38,929 bases of DNA from Candidatus Eiseniibacteriota bacterium (lineage in GTDB: Bacteria; ARS69). The DNA is taken from positions 1-38,929 of the forward strand of contig JBQTGV010000150.1 of NCBI GenBank assembly GCA_052390515.1, read 5' to 3'. The notes under the pieces are model-generated. The model saw only the letters and a program-made list of their open reading frames with translations, was not told the DNA's origin and searched no databases. This document shows positions 7,298 through 15,080 of this stretch, piece after piece. Position numbers and translations under genes: made by a program. The first letter of the stretch is position 1. Each line of letters opens with the position of its first letter.

Positions 7298-9616
7298 CTA
7301 GTGCAGCCGCACCGCTCGGCGGGTGGCGAGGAAGGAATCGGTCTCCAGCCGCACGAAGTAGACGCCGGGCGCGACGAGCTTCCCGCGAAGGTCGCGGCCG
7401 TCCCAGTCCGAGCGGTAGCGACCCGGACCGAGATCCTCGTCGATCAGCGTCCGCACGTGGCGTCCGGTCACGTCGACCACGGTCAGCAGGGCGAGGGTCC
7501 GTTCGGGGAGCTCCAGCTCCACGCGCGTCCAGGCGCGGAACGGGTTGGGGCGGGCTCCGTGCAGCGCGAAGCTCCGGGGAACGATCTCCGCCCCCGCGTC
7601 GGACACCGTGGCGGACACCTCCACGTCGACGGAGGCGGAGTCGTCGGACGCATCCAGGTCGATCTGATCGACGGCCAGCAGGTGAGCCACGTTCGTGATC
7701 GTGGAGCCCCCCGTACCCGGCTCGAGGTCGACGAGGACGGCCAGGGTGTCGGCCGCTCCCGGAGCCAGCGCTCCCACCGTCCATGTGCCCGTCGCGCTGT
7801 CGTACCCGGGACCGCTGGACCGGAAGCTCAGCCCTGCCGGAAGGGCGTCCGAGACCCGGACGCCCGTGGCGGGCGCGGGGCCCGCATTCGCGGCGACGAT
7901 CGTGTACGTGACCGTCTGGCCCTCCCAAGGTGCGGGATCGTCCACCGACAGCTCGACGCGCAGGTTCGCGTGCACCGTGCTTCCCTCCACGATGGTCACG
8001 AGCTGATTCACCGGTACGGCCGTGAGCGAATCCACGACCCCGCTCAGCCAGAGAACGCGCAGGACGTCGACGGTAGTCGCCTCCCCCAGACCGAAGTGCA
8101 CGACGAGATCGTCCTGCGAGTGCGCGCTCGATCCGCCCTTGATCTGGCGCATGCGCGTCACGCCTCCGGTCTCGGCGTGCACCACGGTGCCGATCGCGTC
8201 GCGGCTGCTCCGCGTGCCGACCAGCTTCAGCTGCAGCCAGCCGCCCGGCGCGGACGTGTCGTTGCGGAAGAGCTGCAGCGGGCCGCCCAGGCTGTTCACG
8301 ATGGCTACGTCCAGGTCTCCATCGCGGTCGTAGTCGGCGGTGGCGCTGCCTCGAGCATCGCCGCAGGACATTCCGTCGGTCGCGCTCACGTCGGAGAAGA
8401 CGCCGCCGCCCTCGTTGCGGTAGAAGTACGGCCCGTCGACGATGGGCACCATGGTGACCACCAGCAGGTCCTCCCAGCCGTCCTGGTCCGCGTCGAAGAA
8501 ACTCACGCCCCAGGAGTTGTCCGAGGCGAGGCCAGCGGCCGGGGCGCTGTTGTCCGCGAACGTTCCGTCCCCGTTACCCAGATACAGCACGTTGCCCAGG
8601 GGAAGCGCGTCCAGCGTGGTTTCGTAGAGATCCGAGATGTAGATGTCCCAGTCCCCGTCCAGATCGATGTCGGCGACGTCGATCCCCATGTCCGCCTCGG
8701 AGTCGTCCCCGACGCCCGGCATGGACGCGGAGAGCGCGTGATCCGTGAACGTGCCGTCTCCGTCGTTGAGGAACAGCTGGTCGTCGCAGTACGGCGCTGG
8801 ATCGGCGACGTTCGAAACGTACAGGTCCGGCCACAGATCCTGATTCAGGTGCGCGCCGATCATCGCCAGGGTCGGCCGCCACTTGGATGGATCGTTCAGC
8901 GGGTCGAGCCCGGAGGCGATGGTGCCGTAGACGAAGGTGCCGTCCCCTTCGTTTCTGTACATGCGGTTCGCGTTCGCGATGTGGCCGCCAGCCCCGACGA
9001 CCATGTGGCCGATGCACAGGTCCTGGTCCCCGTCGCGGTCGTAGTCCAGCCATGCGCCGGCCTTCGCGCGCAGGCCCGGTTGCGAGCCGACCGGAGGGAA
9101 GGAGAGGTCCTGGACGTGGGCGAACGCCGCCACGTCCACGAAGAGCGGTGCCGAGGGCTGGCCTCCGTTCTCCATCCACAGGTTCTTCAGCAGCAGATTC
9201 GGCGGGCCGTCGAGGGGATTCGGGACCACGAAGCTCAGGAACGTGTGGTCCGTCCAGATGTAGAGGTCCAGGTCCCCGTCGTTGTCGTAGTCGGCGAAGA
9301 GCGACTGCGACATGTCGCCGTTGGGGATCGCCGGGAGCCAGGCGTCCCGGTTCGTGAAAGTCCCGTCGCCGTCGTTCTCGTAGAGGTGCGCGGTGAGGTC
9401 GCGGCCGTTCACCAGGAACAGATCGGGCCAGTCGTCGCCGTTGAAGTCGATCCAGTTGACGCCCAAGCTGTGTCGAGTCGTGGAATCGTAGGTGCCCGTG
9501 CCGACTCCGGCGGCGGCACTCACGTCGGTGAACCAGATCGCCGCGCGAGAGTCGTCCGGAACTGCGAGCCCGGCGAAGAGCCCGGCCGCAGCAGCGCGGG
9601 CTTTGAAGTTGCGCAA
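7298..9616 (-). CDS. CRTAC1-like FG-GAP repeat protein with ASPIC/UnbV, DUF11 and FlgD Ig-like C-terminal domains
   Basis: Probable TTG start (MRNFKARAAAAG) after GAGG; repeated D(Y/F)xxDGxxDL and NxGDGTF motifs; DAIGTVV..HFGLG (ASPIC/UnbV); TVTYTIVAANAGPAPATGVRVSDALPAGLSF (DUF11); PNPF..WDGRD..PGVYFVR. The ORF-track extension to 10015 overlaps the tRNAs and is spurious. Confidence 0.88.
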   Translation of the reverse strand: MRNFKARAAAAGLFAGLAVPDDSRAAIWFTDVSAAAGVGTGTYDSTTRHSLGVNWIDFNGDDWPDLFLVNGRDLTAHLYENDGDGTFTNRDAWLPAIPNGDMSQSLFADYDNDGDLDLYIWTDHTFLSFVVPNPLDGPPNLLLKNLWMENGGQPSAPLFVDVAAFAHVQDLSFPPVGSQPGLRAKAGAWLDYDRDGDQDLCIGHMVVGAGGHIANANRMYRNEGDGTFVYGTIASGLDPLNDPSKWRPTLAMIGAHLNQDLWPDLYVSNVADPAPYCDDQLFLNDGDGTFTDHALSASMPGVGDDSEADMGIDVADIDLDGDWDIYISDLYETTLDALPLGNVLYLGNGDGTFADNSAPAAGLASDNSWGVSFFDADQDGWEDLLVVTMVPIVDGPYFYRNEGGGVFSDVSATDGMSCGDARGSATADYDRDGDLDVAIVNSLGGPLQLFRNDTSAPGGWLQLKLVGTRSSRDAIGTVVHAETGGVTRMRQIKGGSSAHSQDDLVVHFGLGEATTVDVLRVLWLSGVVDSLTAVPVNQLVTIVEGSTVHANLRVELSVDDPAPWEGQTVTYTIVAANAGPAPATGVRVSDALPAGLSFRSSGPGYDSATGTWTVGALAPGAADTLAVLVDLEPGTGGSTITNVAHLLAVDQIDLDASDDSASVDVEVSATVSDAGAEIVPRSFALHGARPNPFRAWTRVELELPERTLALLTVVDVTGRHVRTLIDEDLGPGRYRSDWDGRDLRGKLVAPGVYFVRLETDSFLATRRAVRLH

Positions 9617-9687
9617 GGTCAGACCTCGGTTCGGACTCCACACGATTGTGCACGACGGCCGCCTTCCGCGGCAACAGGCGGCCGGGG

Positions 9688-9768
9688 TGCCGGGAGCGGG
9701 ATTCGAACCCGCACGGGTCTCCCCAGCGGATTTTAAGTCCGCAGCGTCTGCCGTTTCGCCATCCCGGC
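9688..9768 (-). tRNA. tRNA-Leu(TAA), CCA not encoded
   Basis: GCCGGGA/TCCCGGC acceptor stem, anticodon arm GCGGA-CTTAAAA-TCCGC, short variable hairpin GGG-GAGA-CCC, T loop TTCGAAT; the discriminator A is followed by CCC. Confidence 0.95.
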
Positions 9769-9792
9769 CCGCCCCACCGTAGCGCGTCGCCC

Positions 9793-9827
9793 GAAAAAGC
9801 GAAAACCCGGAAGCAGGCTTCCGGGCT
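9793..9827 (-). terminator. Intrinsic terminator-like hairpin between tRNA-Cys and tRNA-Leu
   Basis: Minus strand AGCCCGGAAG-CCTG-CTTCCGGGTT followed by TTCGCTTTTTC. Confidence 0.55.
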
Positions 9828-9850
9828 TCCGTGCCCCATCGGGGCGGCTC

Positions 9851-9924
9851 TGGAGGCGGCACCCAGATTCGAACTGGGGATAAAGGATTTGCAGTCCTCT
9901 GCCTTACCACTTGGCTATGCCGCC
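9851..9924 (-). tRNA. tRNA-Cys(GCA)
   Basis: GGCGGCATAGCCAAGTGGTAAGGCAGAGGACTGCAAATCCTTTATCCCCAGTTCGAATCTGGGTGCCGCCTCCA; canonical cloverleaf with CCA. Confidence 0.97.
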
Positions 9925-9970
9925 GGAGCGGCGCGGGGGCGCTGGTCACCCGGCGCCCCCGCGAACGAGG

Positions 9971-10045
9971 TGGAGCGGGAAACGGGACTTGAACCCGCGA
10001 CATCCACCTTGGCAAGGTGGCGCTCTACCACTGAGCTATTCCCGC
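9971..10045 (-). tRNA. tRNA-Gly(GCC)
   Basis: GCGGGAATAGCTCAGTGGTAGAGCGCCACCTTGCCAAGGTGGATGTCGCGGGTTCAAGTCCCGTTTCCCGCTCCA; the Gly-Cys-Leu order matches E. coli glyW-cysT-leuZ. Confidence 0.97.
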
Positions 10046-10057
10046 CCGAGCACGGGT

Positions 10058-10086
10058 AGAGTAGGGAGACGCTCGACCGCTGTCAA
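10058..10086 (-). promoter_or_regulatory. Sigma70 promoter of the tRNA operon
   Basis: Minus strand perfect TTGACA-17 nt-TACTCT ending 12 nt before tRNA-Gly. Confidence 0.85.
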
Positions 10087-10097
10087 CCGGCGCCGGG

Positions 10098-11624
10098 CTA
10101 CTCCATCACGGAGATGGAGGCCGCGCCCTGGCCCTTGACCGCTTCGGTGCTGGAGCGCGCCGCCGTGGGCGCCTTGAGCACCTTGGGATCCACCTCGAGG
10201 AGCGCCTTGACCACGCGCTTGTCGTACAGCTTGCCGGCCCCGAGCTGGAGCCTCCGGAACGCTTCGGCGAGCGAGTTCGCCTGCCGCCAGGCGCGGTCCG
10301 AGGTCATCGCGTCGAACGCGTTCGCGACCATGAGGATATGCGTGGTCAGCGGAATGTCGTCGCCCTTGATCCCGTCCGGCCGGCCCTGGCCGTCCACCCG
10401 CTCGAGGTGGTGCCGCACCATCGGAGCGACAGCCGCGAGGGACGGCACGTCGCGGATGATCTCCTCGCCGCGCGCCGGGTACGAGCGGATGTGCTCGAGC
10501 TCGTCCTCGGAGAGGCGATCCTCGCGGCGCAACAGCGTCTCGGGCAGGTGAACGCGACCGATGCCGTGCAGGTACGCGGCCCAGCGAAGCTGCCGGATGG
10601 TCTGGTCGTCCAGCTTGAGGGCCTTGGCGATCTCCTCGCAGTAGATCGCCACGCGGGCCGAGTGTCCCCGGAAGTACGGATCGCGGCCTTCGATCGCCTC
10701 GGCGAACGACCGGATGAGGTGATCGAGGCTCTTCTCCAGCGACTGCGAGGCGCGGCGCTCGCCCATCACTCCGGCGCCCAGCGTGCACAGGCTGGAGATG
10801 ATGGTGACGTCGTCCTCGCCGAACGCGTCCCCGCTGGCCCGATCGTGCAGGATCAGCACCCCCTGCAGCGACTCACCGACGTGCAGGGGAGATGCGATCG
10901 TGCTCTTCGGCGCCACCGAGAGACCGAGCCCGGCCTTCCCCTTCGCGTCCAGGTCGTGCAGCAGGAGCGCCCCGCGCTCGCGCGCGGCGAGGCCCGGGAC
11001 TCCCTCGCCCAGGGGGATGCGTCGGTTCTGCACCTCCGCGGCGGCCGCGCCGGTGGCGTGCAGCGTGACGAAGTCCCCCGCTTCCTCGTCCACGCCGACG
11101 AAATAGGCGGTCTTCGCGTCGGCCGCCTCGCGGGCGGCCTCGGTGAAGAGCTCCACGAAGCGGGCGGTGTCACGGGATGCCTGCAGCGCGTCCGCCAGCC
11201 GCGAGAGGCCGAGGCGCAGGCGCGCCCGCACGTTCTCGGCCTGCTCGGACTCGTTGTCGAAGCGCGAGGCGAGCTGCTCGATCGTGCCGGCGATGCGCGA
11301 GATCTCGCCCTTGGAGATCTCCCGCAACTGGTTCCTCAAATCGCCGGAGACGTTCTGGCCGGCGGTGGCGAGGACGTCGCGCAGGGTCCGGCCGAGCTCC
11401 GACTTGATGAACAGGAAACCGGAGATGGCCGACGCGACCATGAGACCGAGGATGATGCCCTGCCGTCCGTGCAGCGGCTCCGCGGTGCCGCTCGGCTGCG
11501 ACATCAAGTAGAGAGACAGGAGGATGGGGACCAGGGACATCAGGGCGAAACCCGCCGACATGCTCGGCGTCCGCCTGCTCACGTCCTCGGTCTTGGCGGC
11601 GGTTTCCCGTGGGGTCTTCGCCAA
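10098..11624 (-). CDS. Membrane protein with GAF and degenerate HD-GYP domains
   Basis: TTG start after AGGAGG; two TM helices; GAF (IPLGEGVPGLAARE..IASPL..QGVLILHDR..AFGEDD); HD-GYP scaffold RDPYFRGHSARVA..LHGIGR..HHLERVDGQGRPDG..ANAFDAMTSDR. Confidence 0.88.
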   Translation of the reverse strand: MAKTPRETAAKTEDVSRRTPSMSAGFALMSLVPILLSLYLMSQPSGTAEPLHGRQGIILGLMVASAISGFLFIKSELGRTLRDVLATAGQNVSGDLRNQLREISKGEISRIAGTIEQLASRFDNESEQAENVRARLRLGLSRLADALQASRDTARFVELFTEAAREAADAKTAYFVGVDEEAGDFVTLHATGAAAAEVQNRRIPLGEGVPGLAARERGALLLHDLDAKGKAGLGLSVAPKSTIASPLHVGESLQGVLILHDRASGDAFGEDDVTIISSLCTLGAGVMGERRASQSLEKSLDHLIRSFAEAIEGRDPYFRGHSARVAIYCEEIAKALKLDDQTIRQLRWAAYLHGIGRVHLPETLLRREDRLSEDELEHIRSYPARGEEIIRDVPSLAAVAPMVRHHLERVDGQGRPDGIKGDDIPLTTHILMVANAFDAMTSDRAWRQANSLAEAFRRLQLGAGKLYDKRVVKALLEVDPKVLKAPTAARSSTEAVKGQGAASISVME

Positions 11625-11677
11625 AGTCCGACCTCCTGTTGCCCTCGAGCCCGGTCGGGGCTCGGCGCACCCCCCGG

Positions 11678-12811
11678 TTATCGACCCCGGCGGGGAGCTT
11701 TTTGAGGCCCCCCCGGCGAGGCCGGCAGGAGGGACCGGTAGACCTGGACCGTACGGTCCGCGACCCGCTCCCAGTCGTACTCGGCCTCGATCCGCGCCCG
11801 GGCCTTCGCCCCGAGCGTGGCGAGCCGGTCGGGCTCCGCCAGGAGCGCGTGCAGGCGTCGAGCCAGGTCCCCGGCGTCGCCCGCGCGGAAGGACTCCCCT
11901 ACGCCGTCCAGCACCTCCCGGTTCTCCGGGATGTCGCTGGCCAGGACGGGCCGGCCGAAGCTCATCGCCTCGAGGAGGGCGATCGACAGCCCCTCGAGCG
12001 AGGAGGGCACGACCACGAGCTGCGCGTTCTGCCACAGGGAGGCCAGGTCGTCGCCCAGCACCGGGCCGAGGAAGCGGACGTTGTCGTTCGCCGCGGCCCG
12101 GCAGCGCTCCACGTACCGATCCGTGAACTGCCCCGCGCCGGCCACGACCAGCACGCGCTCCGGCACGGCCAAGGCGTGCGCGGCGAGGAGCACGTGCAGG
12201 CCCTTCTCGGGCACGAGCCGCCCGACGAAGAGCAGGTAACGCCCGGGCTCGAGGCCCTGAGCGGTGACGTAACGGTCCGAGGCGGGGCCCGGCAGGACCG
12301 TTCCGTTGGGGATGTACTCGACGCGCCGGCCCCCCGACCCGGCGAAGTGGGTCTCGAGCGTGCGGGACACCACCACGGTGGCGTCCGCGCAATGCGTCGC
12401 GGTCCACTCGCAGGCTCGCAGGCAGCGCGCCGCGACCGGCCCCCACTTCTCCCGGCGCCAGTCCAGACCGTGCACGGTCACCACCGTGCGCTTGCCGCCG
12501 AGCCGCGGGAGCCAGGCGAGCGACGACGGCCCCAGCGCGTGGTAGTGCACGATGTCGGCCCGGGAGAAGAGCGCATGTGTGCTCGCGGCGACGGTGTGGC
12601 TGATGGCATCGAGGTGCTTGGTGTGGATCGACGGCAGGCGGACGAGGCCGACGCCCTCGAGCCGCGCGTCCTTCGGCGTGTAGTGCGGGCGGCAGTACAC
12701 GTCCACGGCGGCGCCCCGCCGCACCAGGCGAGTGGCGAGCTCCTGCACGTGGCGCTCGATGCCACCGAGCGTGGCCGGCACGCCCTTCTGGCCGATCATC
12801 GCGACGCGGAT
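11678..12811 (-). CDS. Glycosyltransferase family 4 (start ATC 12811 or ATG 12799)
   Basis: RVAMIGQKGVPATLGGIERHV; LFVGRLVPEKG; EGLSIALLEAM; ASDIPENREV. Confidence 0.9.
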   Translation of the reverse strand: MRVAMIGQKGVPATLGGIERHVQELATRLVRRGAAVDVYCRPHYTPKDARLEGVGLVRLPSIHTKHLDAISHTVAASTHALFSRADIVHYHALGPSSLAWLPRLGGKRTVVTVHGLDWRREKWGPVAARCLRACEWTATHCADATVVVSRTLETHFAGSGGRRVEYIPNGTVLPGPASDRYVTAQGLEPGRYLLFVGRLVPEKGLHVLLAAHALAVPERVLVVAGAGQFTDRYVERCRAAANDNVRFLGPVLGDDLASLWQNAQLVVVPSSLEGLSIALLEAMSFGRPVLASDIPENREVLDGVGESFRAGDAGDLARRLHALLAEPDRLATLGAKARARIEAEYDWERVADRTVQVYRSLLPASPGGPQKAPRRGR

Positions 12812-14022
12812 GGCGCGACCTCCCCGAAGATCGAGAGCATCGCCGAAACCTGGGCGTCGAGCGAGTACTCCGACTCGACGACGCTGCGGCCGCCGCGCCC
12901 GAGCGCCGCAGCCAGATCGGGGGAACGCTCCAGCCGAGCGATGCGCTCGGCGAGCGCGTCCGGGTCTCCCGGCGGCGCGAGCAGTCCGCTCACCCCGTCG
13001 CGGACCATCTCCGGGGTGCCGCCGAGATCCGTGGCCACCACCGCAACGCGCGAGGCGAAGGCCTCGAGCACCGCGATGGGAGCGTTCTCGTACCACTCGG
13101 AGGGCAGGACGAGCGCCCGCGAGCCGCGCAGGCGTGCGAGCAGCTCCTTCCGCTCCAGGTGCCCGGTGAACTGCACGCGGCCTGGCGCCTCGCGCTGCGC
13201 GAGCGCGCGGAGCTCGGCCTCGGCAGGTCCGGTGCCGCACACGGTGAGGCGTGCGTCCGGCACGCGCCCCATCGCCCGGAGCAGCGTGTGCACACCCTTC
13301 TCGCGGGAGAGTCGGCCTCCGTACAGGAAGCCCGCCCCGGGGCGCTCGGCAGGCGCGAAGGCGGCCGCGTCGAGCCCGTTCGGGACGACGCGGATGCGGT
13401 CCTCGGCGAACCCGAAGGACACGAGCTTGTCCCGCAGGAAGCGGCTGGGCGAGACGACCCGGGCGATCCCGCGTTCCAGTGTCCGCGCGTGCCGGTGCCA
13501 GGTCATCTCCGCAAACGCCACCACCGAGGCGGCGCGCGAGCCGCGCAGGCAGCGGTGCAGCACCGCGTGATGGAAGCGGCCGCCGCGGCAGCGTTCGCAG
13601 GGAGCGCCCTCGGTGTAGAGCAGGTAGTTGGGGCAGATCACCTTGTAGTCGTGCAGAGTGTGGACGGCGGGAACTCCCTCGCGGCGCAAGGCGTCCACGA
13701 TCGAGGGCGAGAGCTGGTGGTGGAAGTTGTGCAGATGGGCGACGTCCGGGCCCGCCGAACGCACGAGCTCGCGGATCTTCCGCGCGGCCTCGCCGGAGTG
13801 GATCACCCGGCCCGCCGCGCGCAGGCGGGCCAGCGCGCCTCCCTCCCAGGAGAGCTCCGGCGCGAAGTGCGCGGACCACGGAGAGGGCAGGTTCCGCGCG
13901 GAGCTCATGGCGAAGTGGGAGACCTCGTGCCCGGCTCGCTCGTAGGCACCGGCCAAGTCGAACAGGACGCGCTCGGAGCCGCCCTTCGCCCAGAAGAACT
14001 TGTTGACGATCAGGATCTTCAC
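12796..14022 (-). CDS. Glycosyltransferase family 4
   Basis: MKILIVNKFF..GGSE; HLHNFHHQLSPS; TLHDYKVICP Cys-rich insert; GRLSREKG; WYENAPIAVLEA. Confidence 0.92.
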   Translation of the reverse strand: MKILIVNKFFWAKGGSERVLFDLAGAYERAGHEVSHFAMSSARNLPSPWSAHFAPELSWEGGALARLRAAGRVIHSGEAARKIRELVRSAGPDVAHLHNFHHQLSPSIVDALRREGVPAVHTLHDYKVICPNYLLYTEGAPCERCRGGRFHHAVLHRCLRGSRAASVVAFAEMTWHRHARTLERGIARVVSPSRFLRDKLVSFGFAEDRIRVVPNGLDAAAFAPAERPGAGFLYGGRLSREKGVHTLLRAMGRVPDARLTVCGTGPAEAELRALAQREAPGRVQFTGHLERKELLARLRGSRALVLPSEWYENAPIAVLEAFASRVAVVATDLGGTPEMVRDGVSGLLAPPGDPDALAERIARLERSPDLAAALGRGGRSVVESEYSLDAQVSAMLSIFGEVAPSASR

Positions 14023-14059
14023 GGGCGGAGGTGCATCGAAGGCCCGCCGGGGCGAACCG

Positions 14060-15058
14060 TCAAGGAGCGGCTTCGGATCGCGGGGAGGCGCCGGCGAGCC
14101 ATCGGCTCGCGATCCAGCGCAGGGGAACGAGCGGCTTCCGCTTCATGCCGGGCGCCACCGTGCAGCTCATCCAGCACTGGATGCGGCAGCCGTGCACCGC
14201 CTCGAGCACCGCACGGGTCTCCGGGCTGGCTTCGATCTCCTCCCAGGTCATCTTGCCCAGATCGCCGAGCGGGCGGTTGAGCACGTTGCAGGGATAGACG
14301 ACTCCGTGGTGGTCGACGTGGATGTGGTCGGTCAGCGCGGTGCACGGCTCGCGGCGCGGCTTTCCGTCGATGTAGTCGATCATGCCGTCGGTGTAGTACG
14401 CGCGGAACCAGTCCTTGGGACGCCGCGAGCGCAGCTGCTTGGTCGCGATCTGCAGCAGATCGCCGCGGGTGCGCTCGTCGCGGGGCACCATGTCCTTCTG
14501 GTCGCCGAAGTACACCTCGCTGGAGTGGACGACCGAGCTGACGTAGTCCACGCCGAGGCTCTCCGCCAGCCGCTTCACCTCCCCGAGAGCGCCGGGATTG
14601 TCCTTCGATCCCGTACACGCGAGTCCCAGATCCTGCACGCCCGCGGCGCGCAGCCCCCGGATCGTGGCGACGGCCTTGTCGAAGGCGCCTTTGTGGTTGC
14701 GGATCCTGTCGTGCATCTCCCCGACGCCGTCCACCGAGACGCGAACCGCCACCGCACCTCCCTTCACCATCTCCGCGACTTGCTCGACGATCTTCTCGGT
14801 CAGCACACCGTTCGTCGAGAAGACGACGCGAGGCCGGTCCAGATGGTCACGCAGCACGTCGACGATCTCCGGCAGGTCGTCGCGCAGGAACGGCTCGCCG
14901 CCGGAGACGTTGATGTTGCGGAGGCTGCGCGGCAGGCGCCGGTAGAAGTCCGGGGCGAGCTCGTGGCGGTCCGGCCGCGACCAGATGTCGCACATCACGC
15001 AGAACGTGTTGCAACGATGATTCACCGCCAGGATGGCGTCGCGCGGTGCGAGTCTCAC
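14060..15058 (-). CDS. Radical SAM protein with C-terminal SPASM/twitch-type Cys motif
   Basis: CNTFCVMC (CxxxCxxC), SGGEP, STNG, VSVDG..HDRIR, C-terminal PCTA..VYPCN..GCRIQCWMSC. Confidence 0.9.
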   Translation of the reverse strand: MRLAPRDAILAVNHRCNTFCVMCDIWSRPDRHELAPDFYRRLPRSLRNINVSGGEPFLRDDLPEIVDVLRDHLDRPRVVFSTNGVLTEKIVEQVAEMVKGGAVAVRVSVDGVGEMHDRIRNHKGAFDKAVATIRGLRAAGVQDLGLACTGSKDNPGALGEVKRLAESLGVDYVSSVVHSSEVYFGDQKDMVPRDERTRGDLLQIATKQLRSRRPKDWFRAYYTDGMIDYIDGKPRREPCTALTDHIHVDHHGVVYPCNVLNRPLGDLGKMTWEEIEASPETRAVLEAVHGCRIQCWMSCTVAPGMKRKPLVPLRWIASRWLAGASPRSEAAP

Positions 15059-15080
15059 GTTCGGTGACGTCCTCCCCTTC

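Noticed and set aside
8230..9470. Recurring GTCCCCGTC/GTAGTC-type nucleotide repeats as a possible array
   Set aside because: They encode degenerate FG-GAP motifs; there is no identical repeat-spacer structure, so not CRISPR.
6713..9736. 1007-aa plus-strand ORF and other long plus-strand ORFs (e.g. 3266-5143, 11609-13570, 33341-35407)
   Set aside because: Antisense shadows of well-supported minus-strand genes; no recognisable motifs; expected at this GC content.
9617..10015. N-terminal extension of the CRTAC1 ORF to 10015
   Set aside because: Runs through the tRNA genes; an RBS and signal-like peptide support the start at 9616.
9688..10045. Prophage or integrative element at the tRNA cluster
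   Set aside because: No integrase, transposase, phage gene or duplicated tRNA 3' end seen in the window.
3575..15058. Radical SAM/SPASM plus M16 peptidase pair as a PQQ/RiPP-like system
   Set aside because: The genes are about 7 kb apart in different transcription units, the M16 proteins have signal peptides, there is no PqqD/RRE or precursor peptide, and the radical SAM gene sits among sugar genes.
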